A stretch of 64,000 nt of DNA from Gemmatales bacterium (GTDB lineage Bacteria; Planctomycetota; Planctomycetia; Gemmatales; HRBIN36). Location: NCBI GenBank assembly GCA_041640595.1, contig JBEPZY010000002.1:372651-436650 (forward strand), in the 5' to 3' direction. The translations under genes were made by a program, and so were the position numbers. Under the pieces are notes generated by a model, which saw only the letters and a program-made list of their open reading frames with translations, did no database searches and was not told the origin of the DNA. This document shows, in pieces, positions 40,417-50,220 of the stretch. Each line of letters begins with the position of its first letter. The stretch's first letter is position 1.

Positions 40417-40727
40417 GGCTACTCCTTTCGTATAGGCGGGACGCTGCCAGGCAGCGCGAGTTCAGGAGGGACGTTTCCCGCGGCGCAATGGCTTTCTCTG
40501 CTAAAACATATTCGGCAATGGTGGCACCGTCAAGACAGTGTTTCACTATCCGACGCCTGATGGCATTATGGGGTAGGAGCGGCGGCCAGTCGCCCAGGCA
40601 TGGGAATGTGGAGGTGTCCTCGCGGTAAGAAACGAAACGTGTAGCCTTGCACGGATAATACGTTTAACTGGGATTGGCGGACATTTTTCTCCGTCCGCAC
40701 CAAAACTCGCAGCAAAAGAGGGCTGCC

Positions 40728-42521
40728 TTGTCACGGAAACTGTGGCGCTTGCTGGTCGCCGATTCGCTCAACACGCAGCGATTGCGGCATGAATTACGCA
40801 CGCATCCAGCGGTGGCGGCTTTGCTAACCACCCGGGGAATCCGCACCCGTGAAGAAGCGCTGCGTTTTCTCCGCTCTCGATTACGCGACCTGCACGAACC
40901 CGACCAGCTGCCTGGCGCTATCGAAGCTGCTCAGCGATTGCAGGAAGCTATCCGTGCCGGAAAACGCATTTGCGTTTATGGCGATTACGATGTGGACGGC
41001 ATTACCGCCACCACGCTGTTGTGGCGATGCCTGCGGCTGGCGGGCGCTGATGCCGACTTTTACGTCCCACACCGATTGGAGGAGGGATACGGTCTCAACG
41101 TGGATGCCCTGCGACAGCTACGCCGCCAGGGAACTGATGTGGTGGTTACGGTGGATTGCGGTATCACTGCGGTCGCTGAGGCGGAAGAAGCACGCCGACT
41201 TGGCCTGTCCCTGATCATCACCGACCACCATGAATTTCACAGTGCTTTGCCCGACGCCGACGTTCTTGTTCATCCACGTTTGCCCGGCAGCGAATATCCA
41301 TTTCCGCACCTGTCGGGTGCTGGAGTGGCCTTCAAACTGGCCTGGGCAATAGCACGCCAGTTGAGCCAGTCGCGTCAGGTTACGGAGGCCTTCCGTCAGT
41401 TTCTTCTGGAAAGCCTCGCCCTGGTGGCACTGGGCACGGTTGCCGATAGCGCTCCTGTGCTGGACGAAAATCGCATTTTCGTTCGCCACGGTCTGCAAGC
41501 ATTGCAGTCGGCCCCATCGCCGGGACTGCAAGCGCTGATCGAGGCCAGCGGTTTGACTCAGCGTGGCCAGCTACATGCCGAAGACCTGGCATTCCAGCTG
41601 GTGCCGCGACTGAATGCCGTGGGCCGACTCGAACAGGCTCGACTTGCCGTCGAATTGCTGGCTGCGAACAATCCTCAGCGTGCTCAGGACCTGGCCCGTT
41701 ACTGCGCTGCACAAAATGAGATTCGCCGCAAACTCGAAATGCGGATGATGCGGCAGGCGACACAGTGGTTGCGCGAAAATCCCGACGCCGAAGACAAAGC
41801 CGCTTTAGTCCTGGCTGAGCCGGACTGGCATCCTGGTTTGCTCGGCGTGGTGGCGAACCGTCTGCTGGAGCGTTACCGTAAGCCCGTGGCAGTCATTTCC
41901 CTGCGTGACGATCCGGCTCAAGGAAGCGTCCGCGCGCCGGCAGGTTTCCATGCCCAGGAAGCGCTGCACTGTTGCGCCGACCTGCTCGAAAACTTTGGAG
42001 GCCATGCTGCCGCTGCTGGTTTCCGCATCCGTGTCGCTCAGGTCGAGACCTTCCGTCAGCGTTTCTGCGAACTGGCCCGCGATTGGCTTGCCGCCTCCCA
42101 CCCCCTGCCGAGTCTCCTCATTGATACGGAGCTGCCGTTGGCCGCGGTTACCCCTGCTCTGCTCAAAACACTCGATGCCATGCAGCCCTTTGGTCCCGGC
42201 AATCGCAAACCCCTGTTTTTGGCCACGCATTTGACCGTGGTTGGCGAACCACGCGCGGTCGGAGAGGAACAACGGCATCTGCTCTTCCGTGTGCGCCAGG
42301 ACGATAGCCGCATTTATCGCGCCATCGGTTTCAATCTTGGCGAGCGCTTGCCGGAACTGCTCGCTGCCGGCGGGCAGTGTTCCATTGTCTTTTATCCTCG
42401 CCGCGACAGTTGGGAGGGCTGGGATCGGATTGACCTGCAGGTGGTGGACTTCCAGCCGCGTTCGACCCCAGAGTTGGAATTTGTCTCGGCCGAGCATTAT
42501 CTTTCCACCGCCTGCGAGTGA
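40728..42521 (+). CDS. recJ: Single-stranded-DNA-specific exonuclease RecJ
   Basis: 'YGDYDVDG', 'P.R..EGYG', 'TVDCG', 'TDHH', 'LGTVAD', 'PRLNA.GR', 'FGGH..AAG'; likely TTG start at 40728. Confidence 0.93.
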   Translation: MSRKLWRLLVADSLNTQRLRHELRTHPAVAALLTTRGIRTREEALRFLRSRLRDLHEPDQLPGAIEAAQRLQEAIRAGKRICVYGDYDVDGITATTLLWRCLRLAGADADFYVPHRLEEGYGLNVDALRQLRRQGTDVVVTVDCGITAVAEAEEARRLGLSLIITDHHEFHSALPDADVLVHPRLPGSEYPFPHLSGAGVAFKLAWAIARQLSQSRQVTEAFRQFLLESLALVALGTVADSAPVLDENRIFVRHGLQALQSAPSPGLQALIEASGLTQRGQLHAEDLAFQLVPRLNAVGRLEQARLAVELLAANNPQRAQDLARYCAAQNEIRRKLEMRMMRQATQWLRENPDAEDKAALVLAEPDWHPGLLGVVANRLLERYRKPVAVISLRDDPAQGSVRAPAGFHAQEALHCCADLLENFGGHAAAAGFRIRVAQVETFRQRFCELARDWLAASHPLPSLLIDTELPLAAVTPALLKTLDAMQPFGPGNRKPLFLATHLTVVGEPRAVGEEQRHLLFRVRQDDSRIYRAIGFNLGERLPELLAAGGQCSIVFYPRRDSWEGWDRIDLQVVDFQPRSTPELEFVSAEHYLSTACE

Positions 42522-43113
42522 TCCTTCGGGCTCCACGACCGTTGTTTCTGGCGATCAGCGACAGATGATCAGGGACAGCCCGTCTCCGTAATCCATCGGA
42601 ATGCAGCAAGAGTCGAGCAGTTCGGTTTAAGCCACCGACCGCGAGAGGCGAACAGCAAGCCGTGTGACGAATTGCCAAACCCTACTCCTGGAGCCTGACC
42701 GCCAGCCGTTTTCATGCTCAACATTTTTGTGGCAAAATCTACCATCGTGTTTGTAAAATTTCCCTGGCACTCCTCCGGTTCATGGTTTTGTTCCGACAAT
42801 AATCATCCGCAAGCCCTTACCGAGCAAAACCTTGCGGATTATTTTTCTTTTTCCCTGCCTGTGGCACGATTCTTGCTTAAGAGCTGAAGGGGCGAGACAG
42901 CATACCTGTCCGACCCATCAGCCGCTCAACCACGGGTGTGGGGCTGGAACAGGGAGAGGCCCGCTGAGCCGGTTGCGCAAGCGCCGGCTCGCGGCATTTA
43001 AAGCTGGACTTTGTGCCGACTCCTTCCCAAAATGGTTTTCTTAGCCGTAACATCCGGTCCTGCGGTCATTGCCAGCCAGGCCCAATAAGCTTTCAAGCAT
43101 CGGACAGGCAACT

Positions 43114-43947
43114 ATGCAAAACACCGAGGCCCTTCTGTCGCAACTGCGCGAAAAAGCACGTGTCGTTCGCCAGCACATTATCCGCAGCACCACCCGCGCG
43201 GGTTCCGGTCATCCGACCAGTTCGCTCTCAGCGGTAGAACTAGTGGTGGCGTTGTACTTCGGCGGCATACTCCGTTACCGCCCGCACGAACCACGTTGGC
43301 CTCAACGCGACCGCTTCATCCTCAGCAAGGGACATGCAGCGCCGCTGTTGTATGCCGTGCTGGCGGAAGCTGGTTATTTCCCCGTTGAGCAATTGGATAC
43401 TCTCCGTCAAATCGGCAGTCCGCTGGAAGGCCATCCCAATATGCGTCGTTTGCCGGGTGTCGAGGCCTCCACCGGTTCGCTCGGACAGGGACTTTCCATT
43501 GGTTTGGGCCATGCACTGGCTTGCAAACTCAACGGTTTCGACTCCCGCGTGTTTGTGCTTCTCGGCGACGGCGAAATCAACGAGGGCCAGGTCTGGGAAG
43601 CTGTCATGGCCGCCGTCAAGTACCGCGCCGATAACCTCATCGCCATCGTGGACCACAACGGCTATCAGCAAACCGGCCCCACCCGCGAAGTGCTCGACCT
43701 CGATCCGCTCCCCGACAAGTTCGCAGCTTTCGGTTGGGACGCTCAGGAAATTGACGGCCACGATTGGCACGCCGTCCTCGACGCCCTTCGCCGTGTCTGT
43801 CTGCCCAATGGCCAACCCCGGGCCATCATTGCCCGCACCATCAAAGGTTACCCCATCCACCACTTGCTCAGCGAAAAAAACTACCACGGCAAGGCCCTCC
43901 CTCCCGCCGACGCCGAAAAAGCCCTCGCCTTGCTAACGCAGGGTTAA
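43114..43947 (+). CDS. Transketolase, N-terminal (TPP-binding) subunit
   Basis: 'SGHP', 'RDRFILSKGH', 'LEGHP', 'STGSLGQG', 'GDGE..EG..WE'. Confidence 0.92.
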   Translation: MQNTEALLSQLREKARVVRQHIIRSTTRAGSGHPTSSLSAVELVVALYFGGILRYRPHEPRWPQRDRFILSKGHAAPLLYAVLAEAGYFPVEQLDTLRQIGSPLEGHPNMRRLPGVEASTGSLGQGLSIGLGHALACKLNGFDSRVFVLLGDGEINEGQVWEAVMAAVKYRADNLIAIVDHNGYQQTGPTREVLDLDPLPDKFAAFGWDAQEIDGHDWHAVLDALRRVCLPNGQPRAIIARTIKGYPIHHLLSEKNYHGKALPPADAEKALALLTQG

Positions 43948-43984
43948 CTCCGTAAACTCATCGCCGCGCCTGGCGCGTACGTTA

Positions 43985-46762
43985 CGAATCGCGCTGGCAA
44001 CGGCGACCGGTTTTCGCGGGTGGATTACATTTGCACCGCACACCCGGCTCCCGCACCACGGCTGGCTTACGCCAGCCGCTCCTGATGCACGACCTCGGTG
44101 CACTGAAAAAACGACATTCGCGGTGCACAATCGCATGTTCCCAAGAGCGGCGGGCGTCAGCCCGCCGTGCTTTGGAAGTCGCGCTTGCGGGGGCGATTCG
44201 ACACACAATCGCGGGATACCTCGCGTGCAACCAAGAGCGGCGGGCGTCAGCCCGCCGTGCTTTAGGAATCGCGCTTGCGGGGGTGATTGGGCACACAATC
44301 ACGGGATACGTCGCGTGCAATCAAGAGCGGCGGGCGTCAGCCCGCCGTGGTTCGGGAATAGCGCTGGCGACGGCGACGGGTTTTTGCGGATGGATTACAT
44401 TTGCACCGCACGTCCGGCTCCCGCACCACGGCTGGCTTACACCAGCCGCTCCTGATGCACGACGTCGGTGCACTGAAAAAAACGATATTCGCGGTGCACA
44501 ATCGCATGTTCCCAAGAGCGGCGGGCGTCAACCCACCGTGGCCGGCGAACCGAACCCTGTGCCGCGAGAATCACGCATTGTTCGCCGACAGCGCTACCCC
44601 TGAACAAGAGCGGCGGGCGTCAGCCCGCCGTGGTTTGCTATAAGAACGCTGTGCCGCAAGAATCAACGCATTGCTAGCCGACGATGCGACCCCCAAACAG
44701 AAGCGGCGGGCGTCAGCCCGCCGTGCTTTGGAAGTCGCGCTTGCGGGGGCGATTCGGCACACAATCACGGGATACCTCGCGTGCAACCAAGAGCGGCGGG
44801 CGTCAGCCCGCCGTGGATGTGGTAACCGCGTCTGCAACGGCGTTCGTGCACGGACGACCAGCGCGTCGCCGCTGTGCGGCAATTGTGGTGTTGCCGCTAC
44901 AGGCGCGTTACACAAACCACGGCTGGCTTACGCCAGCCGCTCCTGATGCACGACGTCGGTGCACTGAAAAAACGATATTCGCGGTGCACAATCGCATGTT
45001 CCCAAGAGCGGCGGGCGTCAGCCCACCGTGCTTTGCTATAAGAACGCTGTGCCGCAAGAATCAACGCATTGCTAGCCGACGATGCGACCCCCAAACAGAA
45101 GCGGCGGGCATCAACCCGCCGTGCTTTGGAAGTCGCGCTGGCGGGGGTGATTCGGCACACAATCACGGGAAACGTGGCGTGCAATTAAGAGCGGCGGGCG
45201 TCAGCCCGCCGTGGATGTGGTAACCGCGTCTGCAACGGCGTTCGTGCACGGACGACCAGCGGGTCGCCCCTGTGCGGCAATTGTGGTGTTGCCGCTACAG
45301 GCGCGTTACACAAACCACGGCTGGCTTACGCCAGCCGCTCCTGATGCACGACGTCGGTGCACTGAAAAAATGACATTCGCGGTACACAATCGCATGTTCC
45401 CAAGAGCGGCGGGCGTCAGCCCGCCGTGGCCGGCGAACCGAACCCAGTCCCGCGAGAACCACGCACCTTTGGCCGACCGCGCGACCCCCGAACAAGAGCG
45501 GCGGGCGTCAGCCCGCCGGGGTTTGCTATAAGAACGCTGTGCCGCAAGAATCAACGCATTGCTAGCCGACGATGCGACCCCTGAACAAAAGAGCCAAGCG
45601 TCCCCCCGCCGTGGCTTCCGGAATCGCGCTGGCAACGGCGACCGGTTTTCGCGGGTGGATTACATTTGCACCGCACACCCGGCTCCCGCACCACGGCTGG
45701 CTTACGCCAGCCGCTCCTGATGCACGACGTCGGTGCACTGAAAAAAACGATATTCGCGGTGCACAATCGCATGTTCCCAAGAGCGGCGGGCGTCAGCCCG
45801 CCGTGGTTTGCTATAAAAACGCTGTGCCGCAAGAATCAACGCATTACTAGCCGACGATGCGACCCCCAAACAGAAGCGGCGGGCATCAACCCACCGCGCT
45901 TCGGCAGTCGCGCTGGCGGGGGTGATTCGGCACACAATCACGGGAAACGTGGCGTGCAATTAAGAGCGGCGGGCGTCAGCCCGCCGTGGATGTGGTAACC
46001 GCGTCTGCAACGGCGTTCGTGCACGGACGACCAGCGGGTCGCCCCTGTGCGGCAATTGTGGTGTTGCCGCTACAAGCGCGTTACACAAACCACGGCTGGC
46101 TTACGCCAGCCGCTCCTGATGCACGACGTCGGTGCACTGAAAAACGATATTCGCGGTGCACAATCGCATGTTCCCAGGAGCGGCGGGCGTCAGCCCGCCG
46201 TGCTTTGGGAGTCGCGCTTGCGGGGGCGATTCGGCACACAATCACGGGATACCTCGCGTGCAACCAAGAGCGGCGGGCGTCAGCCCGCCGTGGTTTTGCG
46301 ATACGAACGCTTTGCCGCGAGAATCACGCATTGTTCGCCGACAGCGCTACCCCTGAACAAGAGCGGCGCGCGTCAGCCCGCCGTGGTTTGCTATAAGAAC
46401 GCTGTGCCGCAAGAATCAACGCATTGCTAGCCGACGATGCGACCCCTGAACAAAAGAGCCAAGCGTCCCCCCGCCGTGGCTTCCGGAATCGCGCCGGCAA
46501 CGGCGACCGGTTTTCGCGGGTGAATTACATTTGCACCGCACATCCGGCTCCCGCACCACGGCTGGCTTACGCCAGCCGCTCCTGATGCACGACGTCGGTG
46601 TACTGAAAAAACGATATTCGCGGTGCACAATCGCTCGTTCTACAAGAGGGGCGGGCGTCAGCCCGCCGTGGCCGGCGAACCGAACCCTGTGCCGCGAGAA
46701 TCACGCACCGTTGGCCGACCGTGCGACCCTGGAACAGAAGCGGCGGGCATCAACCCGCCGTG
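43985..46762. repeat. Large REP/BIME-like mosaic array (29 hairpins, six linker types)
   Basis: 22 copies of GAGCGGCGGGCGTCAGCCCGCCGTG (some degenerate) and 7 of CACGGCTGGCTTACGCCAGCCGCTC at ~90-bp spacing. Confidence 0.93.
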
Positions 46763-46879
46763 CTTTGCGAACTACGCCGCCAACGGCAATTCCACGGCGT
46801 CATCAGACGCTTGCCGGGTTCCAGACACCCTTTGCGAAAAATTTTTGCGAACAGAATTGTCCTCTTGAGACGGCCGCGG

Positions 46880-47151
46880 TTTACCAGCATGGGGCTTTTG
46901 CTTCCGATGCACGCTGGTTTTTCGTGGGGGGTCTGGAATTTGACCCGGCTGATCAGGACGAGAGGGGCTATGGCATCGTGCACGTTTGGGACCTGAAAGA
47001 AAGGCGCCTTGCTGCCCGGTATCGTGTGTCCCATGAACGAGTGATTTCGCTGGCACTGTCTCCCGACGGGAAATTGCTAGCCGTGAGCGATACCGCGGGA
47101 CGTTTGCAGGTATTCCCATTACCCGATCAATTCAGTAAAACGCAGCGATAG
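46880..47151 (+). pseudogene. 3' remnant of a WD40 protein related to 32604-33836
   Basis: 'EFDPADQDE..G.VHVWDLKERR','SLALSPDGKLLAV' vs 'EFDPPEQEE...VLKVWDLKARR'. Confidence 0.72.
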
Positions 47152-47386
47152 CCCGATCTAAATAGCCGTCGCCGATGAGATAAGCGTGGCTTAGTGTGAG
47201 AGATGCAAACGGTGTAACAACAGGCGACAGCATTAAGGAGTTAAGAAGCAGGTTTATCTCGGCAAAGGAGCAACCGATAAGGCTGGATAGTCCCCGGTTG
47301 CTCACAACTTCGGTTAGGCGTCAGCGGCGGCTTCTTTGCTAACCAAACGCGGCTATCGCTAAATATGCTGGGTATATAGGTGCGGC

Positions 47387-47495
47387 CTTTCTAAGATGAA
47401 CGATCCAGGAGCAGGATGTCCACACGGCCCATAAGTTTACTAAGTGGTTAAAGGCTGGCTTTCTAGGACGAGCGGTCGAGGAGCAGGATGTCCAC
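47387..47495. repeat. 37-bp duplication of the 3' end of the adjacent gene (47387-47423 and 47459-47495)
   Basis: Both copies translate on the minus strand as VDILLLDRSS*. Confidence 0.88.
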
Positions 47496-50036
47496 GCTGG
47501 TTATAGGCAGGCGGACGATGAGTTGCTCGCCGTCGCGCTGCCAGGAAACTTTCGCACCACGAGCGCTGCGTACATCGCGGACAGCAAAGGGCAAACGGAG
47601 GCGAAGTTCCAGTTCGGCGATTGCTTCGCCTGTCCAGTTGAGCACGGTTACCGCTGCTCCCTTGTCGGAGAGCAGGACCGGGGTTTCGACCAGAGGATGG
47701 TTGCATATCGCTGGCGGTGTGATCTGGGCTTGTCGCAGCGGATAGCTGATCCAGGTGCGCAACGGCTCGGAAAAGCCGACCGGTAAACGGTCGCGTGTTT
47801 GTGTGCTGGAACGCCAGTAGGCGATACCGGGCAGGAAAGCATAGTGGATGTGGGCACCTTTCTCGTGTTGCCGTCGGACGATGGCGGGCAGACCGTCGGT
47901 AAAGCGAGCCAGCACTTCGTACTTACCGGGTAGCAATTCTCCTCGAACGCCATAAACTGCGACTTCGCCGCTATCCAGTTGGAGCCTGGCAACTGCCGGG
48001 AGATTAGCTGCGTTGGCCACCAGCAAGCGTGGGCGGGGCTTTTCGGCGATACCGGTGGCGTCAGCAATCAGCGAGCAGGGATCATCGTAGCGGTCGGCGG
48101 TGGCGGCGTTGCTGATGGTTACCAGAACTCCGCCGTTGCGCATCCACTTCAGCAGTGCTGCCTGGCCCTCACGAGGAATGTTCGGCTCGGTGACATAGAC
48201 GACACGATAGGGTTGCAAGCCCTCGGCAGTCAGGTCGTCTTCGTCCACGAAATCTACGGGAATGTTCGCGTGTTGCAACGCCAGATACAGATCGAACACC
48301 TCGGCCATGTAGTCCACAGTGGCGGCGTTCAGGTTCGTATTGGTGGCGTCGCTAATACCGCGGGCGATTTCCATTTCTTTGCAGTCCCAGACTTGCGCGG
48401 AACGAGGCATGAGGATGGCAACGGGCGAAGGCGGCATGCGGCCAGGAGCGAGATAATCTTCCGCGGCGGCCAAGAGCGAATGGGCTTCACGTAGTTTCTT
48501 GAGCAGATGTGCCTTTTCCGAGTAACAATTGCCGGGGAAGTTGTATTCGGGGCCGAAGACAAAGTATTTGACCGCCTGTCCACCGTGCCCGAAAACGCAC
48601 AGGATTTTCTGGACGATGCCATCTTCCCGGTCGCCGGCGGTGCGGGGAATTACGTAGCCACCAAAGCGAAGGTTGGCCTTAGCGGCAGCGCAACGAAGTT
48701 TGGCACAGTAAAACGACCATTGATAAGCGCGGGCGTCGCTGAACCAGTCCTCAGTCCAGAGGATCGTTCCGCCGCGAAGTCGGGCAAACTCAAACCAGTC
48801 GTGACCACCCATCGCGGCATCGGGATGATTTTTGTCGGCGTTGTTGGCGACCGGGCCCGGAACGTAAAACCGCCCGGCGAAGAAGTTCCAGTTGGTGAAC
48901 ACGGGCAGGTTCGGGTAGAAAGCTTTTTCCAGAGCACGGACACAGTCGCTGAAATGCCGGGCCGATTCCCACGAATAGAATCGGGCCGACCAGTAAAACA
49001 GCCGGCGTGAAGGCAGGTCCCTGGCCTGACTGCGACCGATGGGAACGACGTCCTCCCACGATTGGGCACCGACATCAGCCGGTTGCAAGCCCTGTTTCCG
49101 AAGGTAATCACGAAACTTCGCCAGTGCCTGCGGTTGTTCCCGTACCGTCTTCAGCATGGCCGGATAATACCAGCCCGGTTCGTCGGACATGGCGAACAGA
49201 GCCATATCGGTGGGTTCAAACCCGGCCTTACGGTAACTATCGGCCAGCTGGTCGGCCCAAGCCTGAATGCTATCGGGCGTGATTTTCGGATCGAACGGAA
49301 AAGCATAGCCCGGCGGATTGTACACGGCCCAGGAAGTCCTGGTGCTGCCGGTGCGGGCGAGGATGTCGCGGACCGGTCGGGAGGGCGGCACCATTATCGC
49401 ACTGAATCCAGCTCGGGCAAGCTGCGAAATGCCTTCCTCCCACGCTCGCCGGTCGTCATCGCCACCGATGAAGCGATCCACGACCAGCAATCGGCGCAAT
49501 TTCGGAGCTGGTTCATCCGGTTTGGCTCCGAAGGCTTGCCAGTAACGCTGATTGTAGTCGGCCTGGGTAGCGACGCGGAATTGGCCGGTCTCATCGGGGT
49601 AAAGTAACAAACCGAGTCGGGAGCCGAACAGTTCTGCACGGGTTTGTAACAATTTGGTTCCGCCAGGCGATTGCACTTCCAGTTCGATTTGCACCGGTGG
49701 CTTGGCTGCGTGAACCTGCACGCCAAACACAACCGGAAACCGCCGCAAGTAGCTGTTCGGATAGGTTTTGAGGATGTTTTCCCACTGAGCGGTACCGATG
49801 GTGATCCAGGGCGACCATTCGCCCGACGGGGCATTCACGGCACCCTGGACACCGGAAACGGAAAAAGCCTGTTTCGCTTTAGCTGGGACGTTCTCCGCAC
49901 CCGCGACTCGTGCCCGCAGCTGGATTTCCGGTAGCGTTTTTGCCTCTGGCCGTGCTGCCGGTTTTTGTGCTAAGCAGAAAGCTGCCAGCAGAACGCTGAA
50001 CGCAACCAGTACCGTGGCGAGGTTCAAATGCCGCAT
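47463..50036 (-). CDS. Exported glycoside hydrolase-like protein with beta-galactosidase (GH42-type) trimerisation domain
   Basis: Signal peptide; 'MSDEPG'; 'VAIL.P', 'LYLAL.HANIPVDFV.EDDL....L..Y.V.YV', 'W...GGVL'. Confidence 0.7.
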   Translation of the reverse strand: MRHLNLATVLVAFSVLLAAFCLAQKPAARPEAKTLPEIQLRARVAGAENVPAKAKQAFSVSGVQGAVNAPSGEWSPWITIGTAQWENILKTYPNSYLRRFPVVFGVQVHAAKPPVQIELEVQSPGGTKLLQTRAELFGSRLGLLLYPDETGQFRVATQADYNQRYWQAFGAKPDEPAPKLRRLLVVDRFIGGDDDRRAWEEGISQLARAGFSAIMVPPSRPVRDILARTGSTRTSWAVYNPPGYAFPFDPKITPDSIQAWADQLADSYRKAGFEPTDMALFAMSDEPGWYYPAMLKTVREQPQALAKFRDYLRKQGLQPADVGAQSWEDVVPIGRSQARDLPSRRLFYWSARFYSWESARHFSDCVRALEKAFYPNLPVFTNWNFFAGRFYVPGPVANNADKNHPDAAMGGHDWFEFARLRGGTILWTEDWFSDARAYQWSFYCAKLRCAAAKANLRFGGYVIPRTAGDREDGIVQKILCVFGHGGQAVKYFVFGPEYNFPGNCYSEKAHLLKKLREAHSLLAAAEDYLAPGRMPPSPVAILMPRSAQVWDCKEMEIARGISDATNTNLNAATVDYMAEVFDLYLALQHANIPVDFVDEDDLTAEGLQPYRVVYVTEPNIPREGQAALLKWMRNGGVLVTISNAATADRYDDPCSLIADATGIAEKPRPRLLVANAANLPAVARLQLDSGEVAVYGVRGELLPGKYEVLARFTDGLPAIVRRQHEKGAHIHYAFLPGIAYWRSSTQTRDRLPVGFSEPLRTWISYPLRQAQITPPAICNHPLVETPVLLSDKGAAVTVLNWTGEAIAELELRLRLPFAVRDVRSARGAKVSWQRDGEQLIVRLPITSVDILLLDRSS

Positions 50037-50220
50037 GGTAATCCTCCTATTGGCCAGGAGATTCCGCATTTTGCGCACAGGGCCTATTTCAATCAGAAGC
50101 GGCACCATCGGCAAGGTTGCCTCAAGTTAACTGGCTGATTGGACGATACCAGTAGCAAAACAAGCGCGGCGGAAAGATCACGTCACGGCAATTGCCGCGC
50201 GCACGGGGAAGGATGCGAGC

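Noticed and set aside
42880..43110. TPP riboswitch upstream of transketolase
   Set aside because: Conserved CTGAGA and ACCTGA...GGGAA core elements were not found
43985..46762. CRISPR array
   Set aside because: Spacers are reused from a six-member set, are 60-100 bp long, repeats occur in both orientations, and no cas genes are in the window
43933..46868. Many short ORFs with repeats such as HGGLTPAAL / RAAGVSPPW (also at 1.6-2.5, 4.0-4.6 and 7.6-8.5 kb)
   Set aside because: They are translations of the REP hairpin in all frames; no RBS or consistent coding frame
46531..47151. Intact 206-aa protein
   Set aside because: The N-terminal half is translated REP sequence; only the last ~90 codons are a real WD40 remnant
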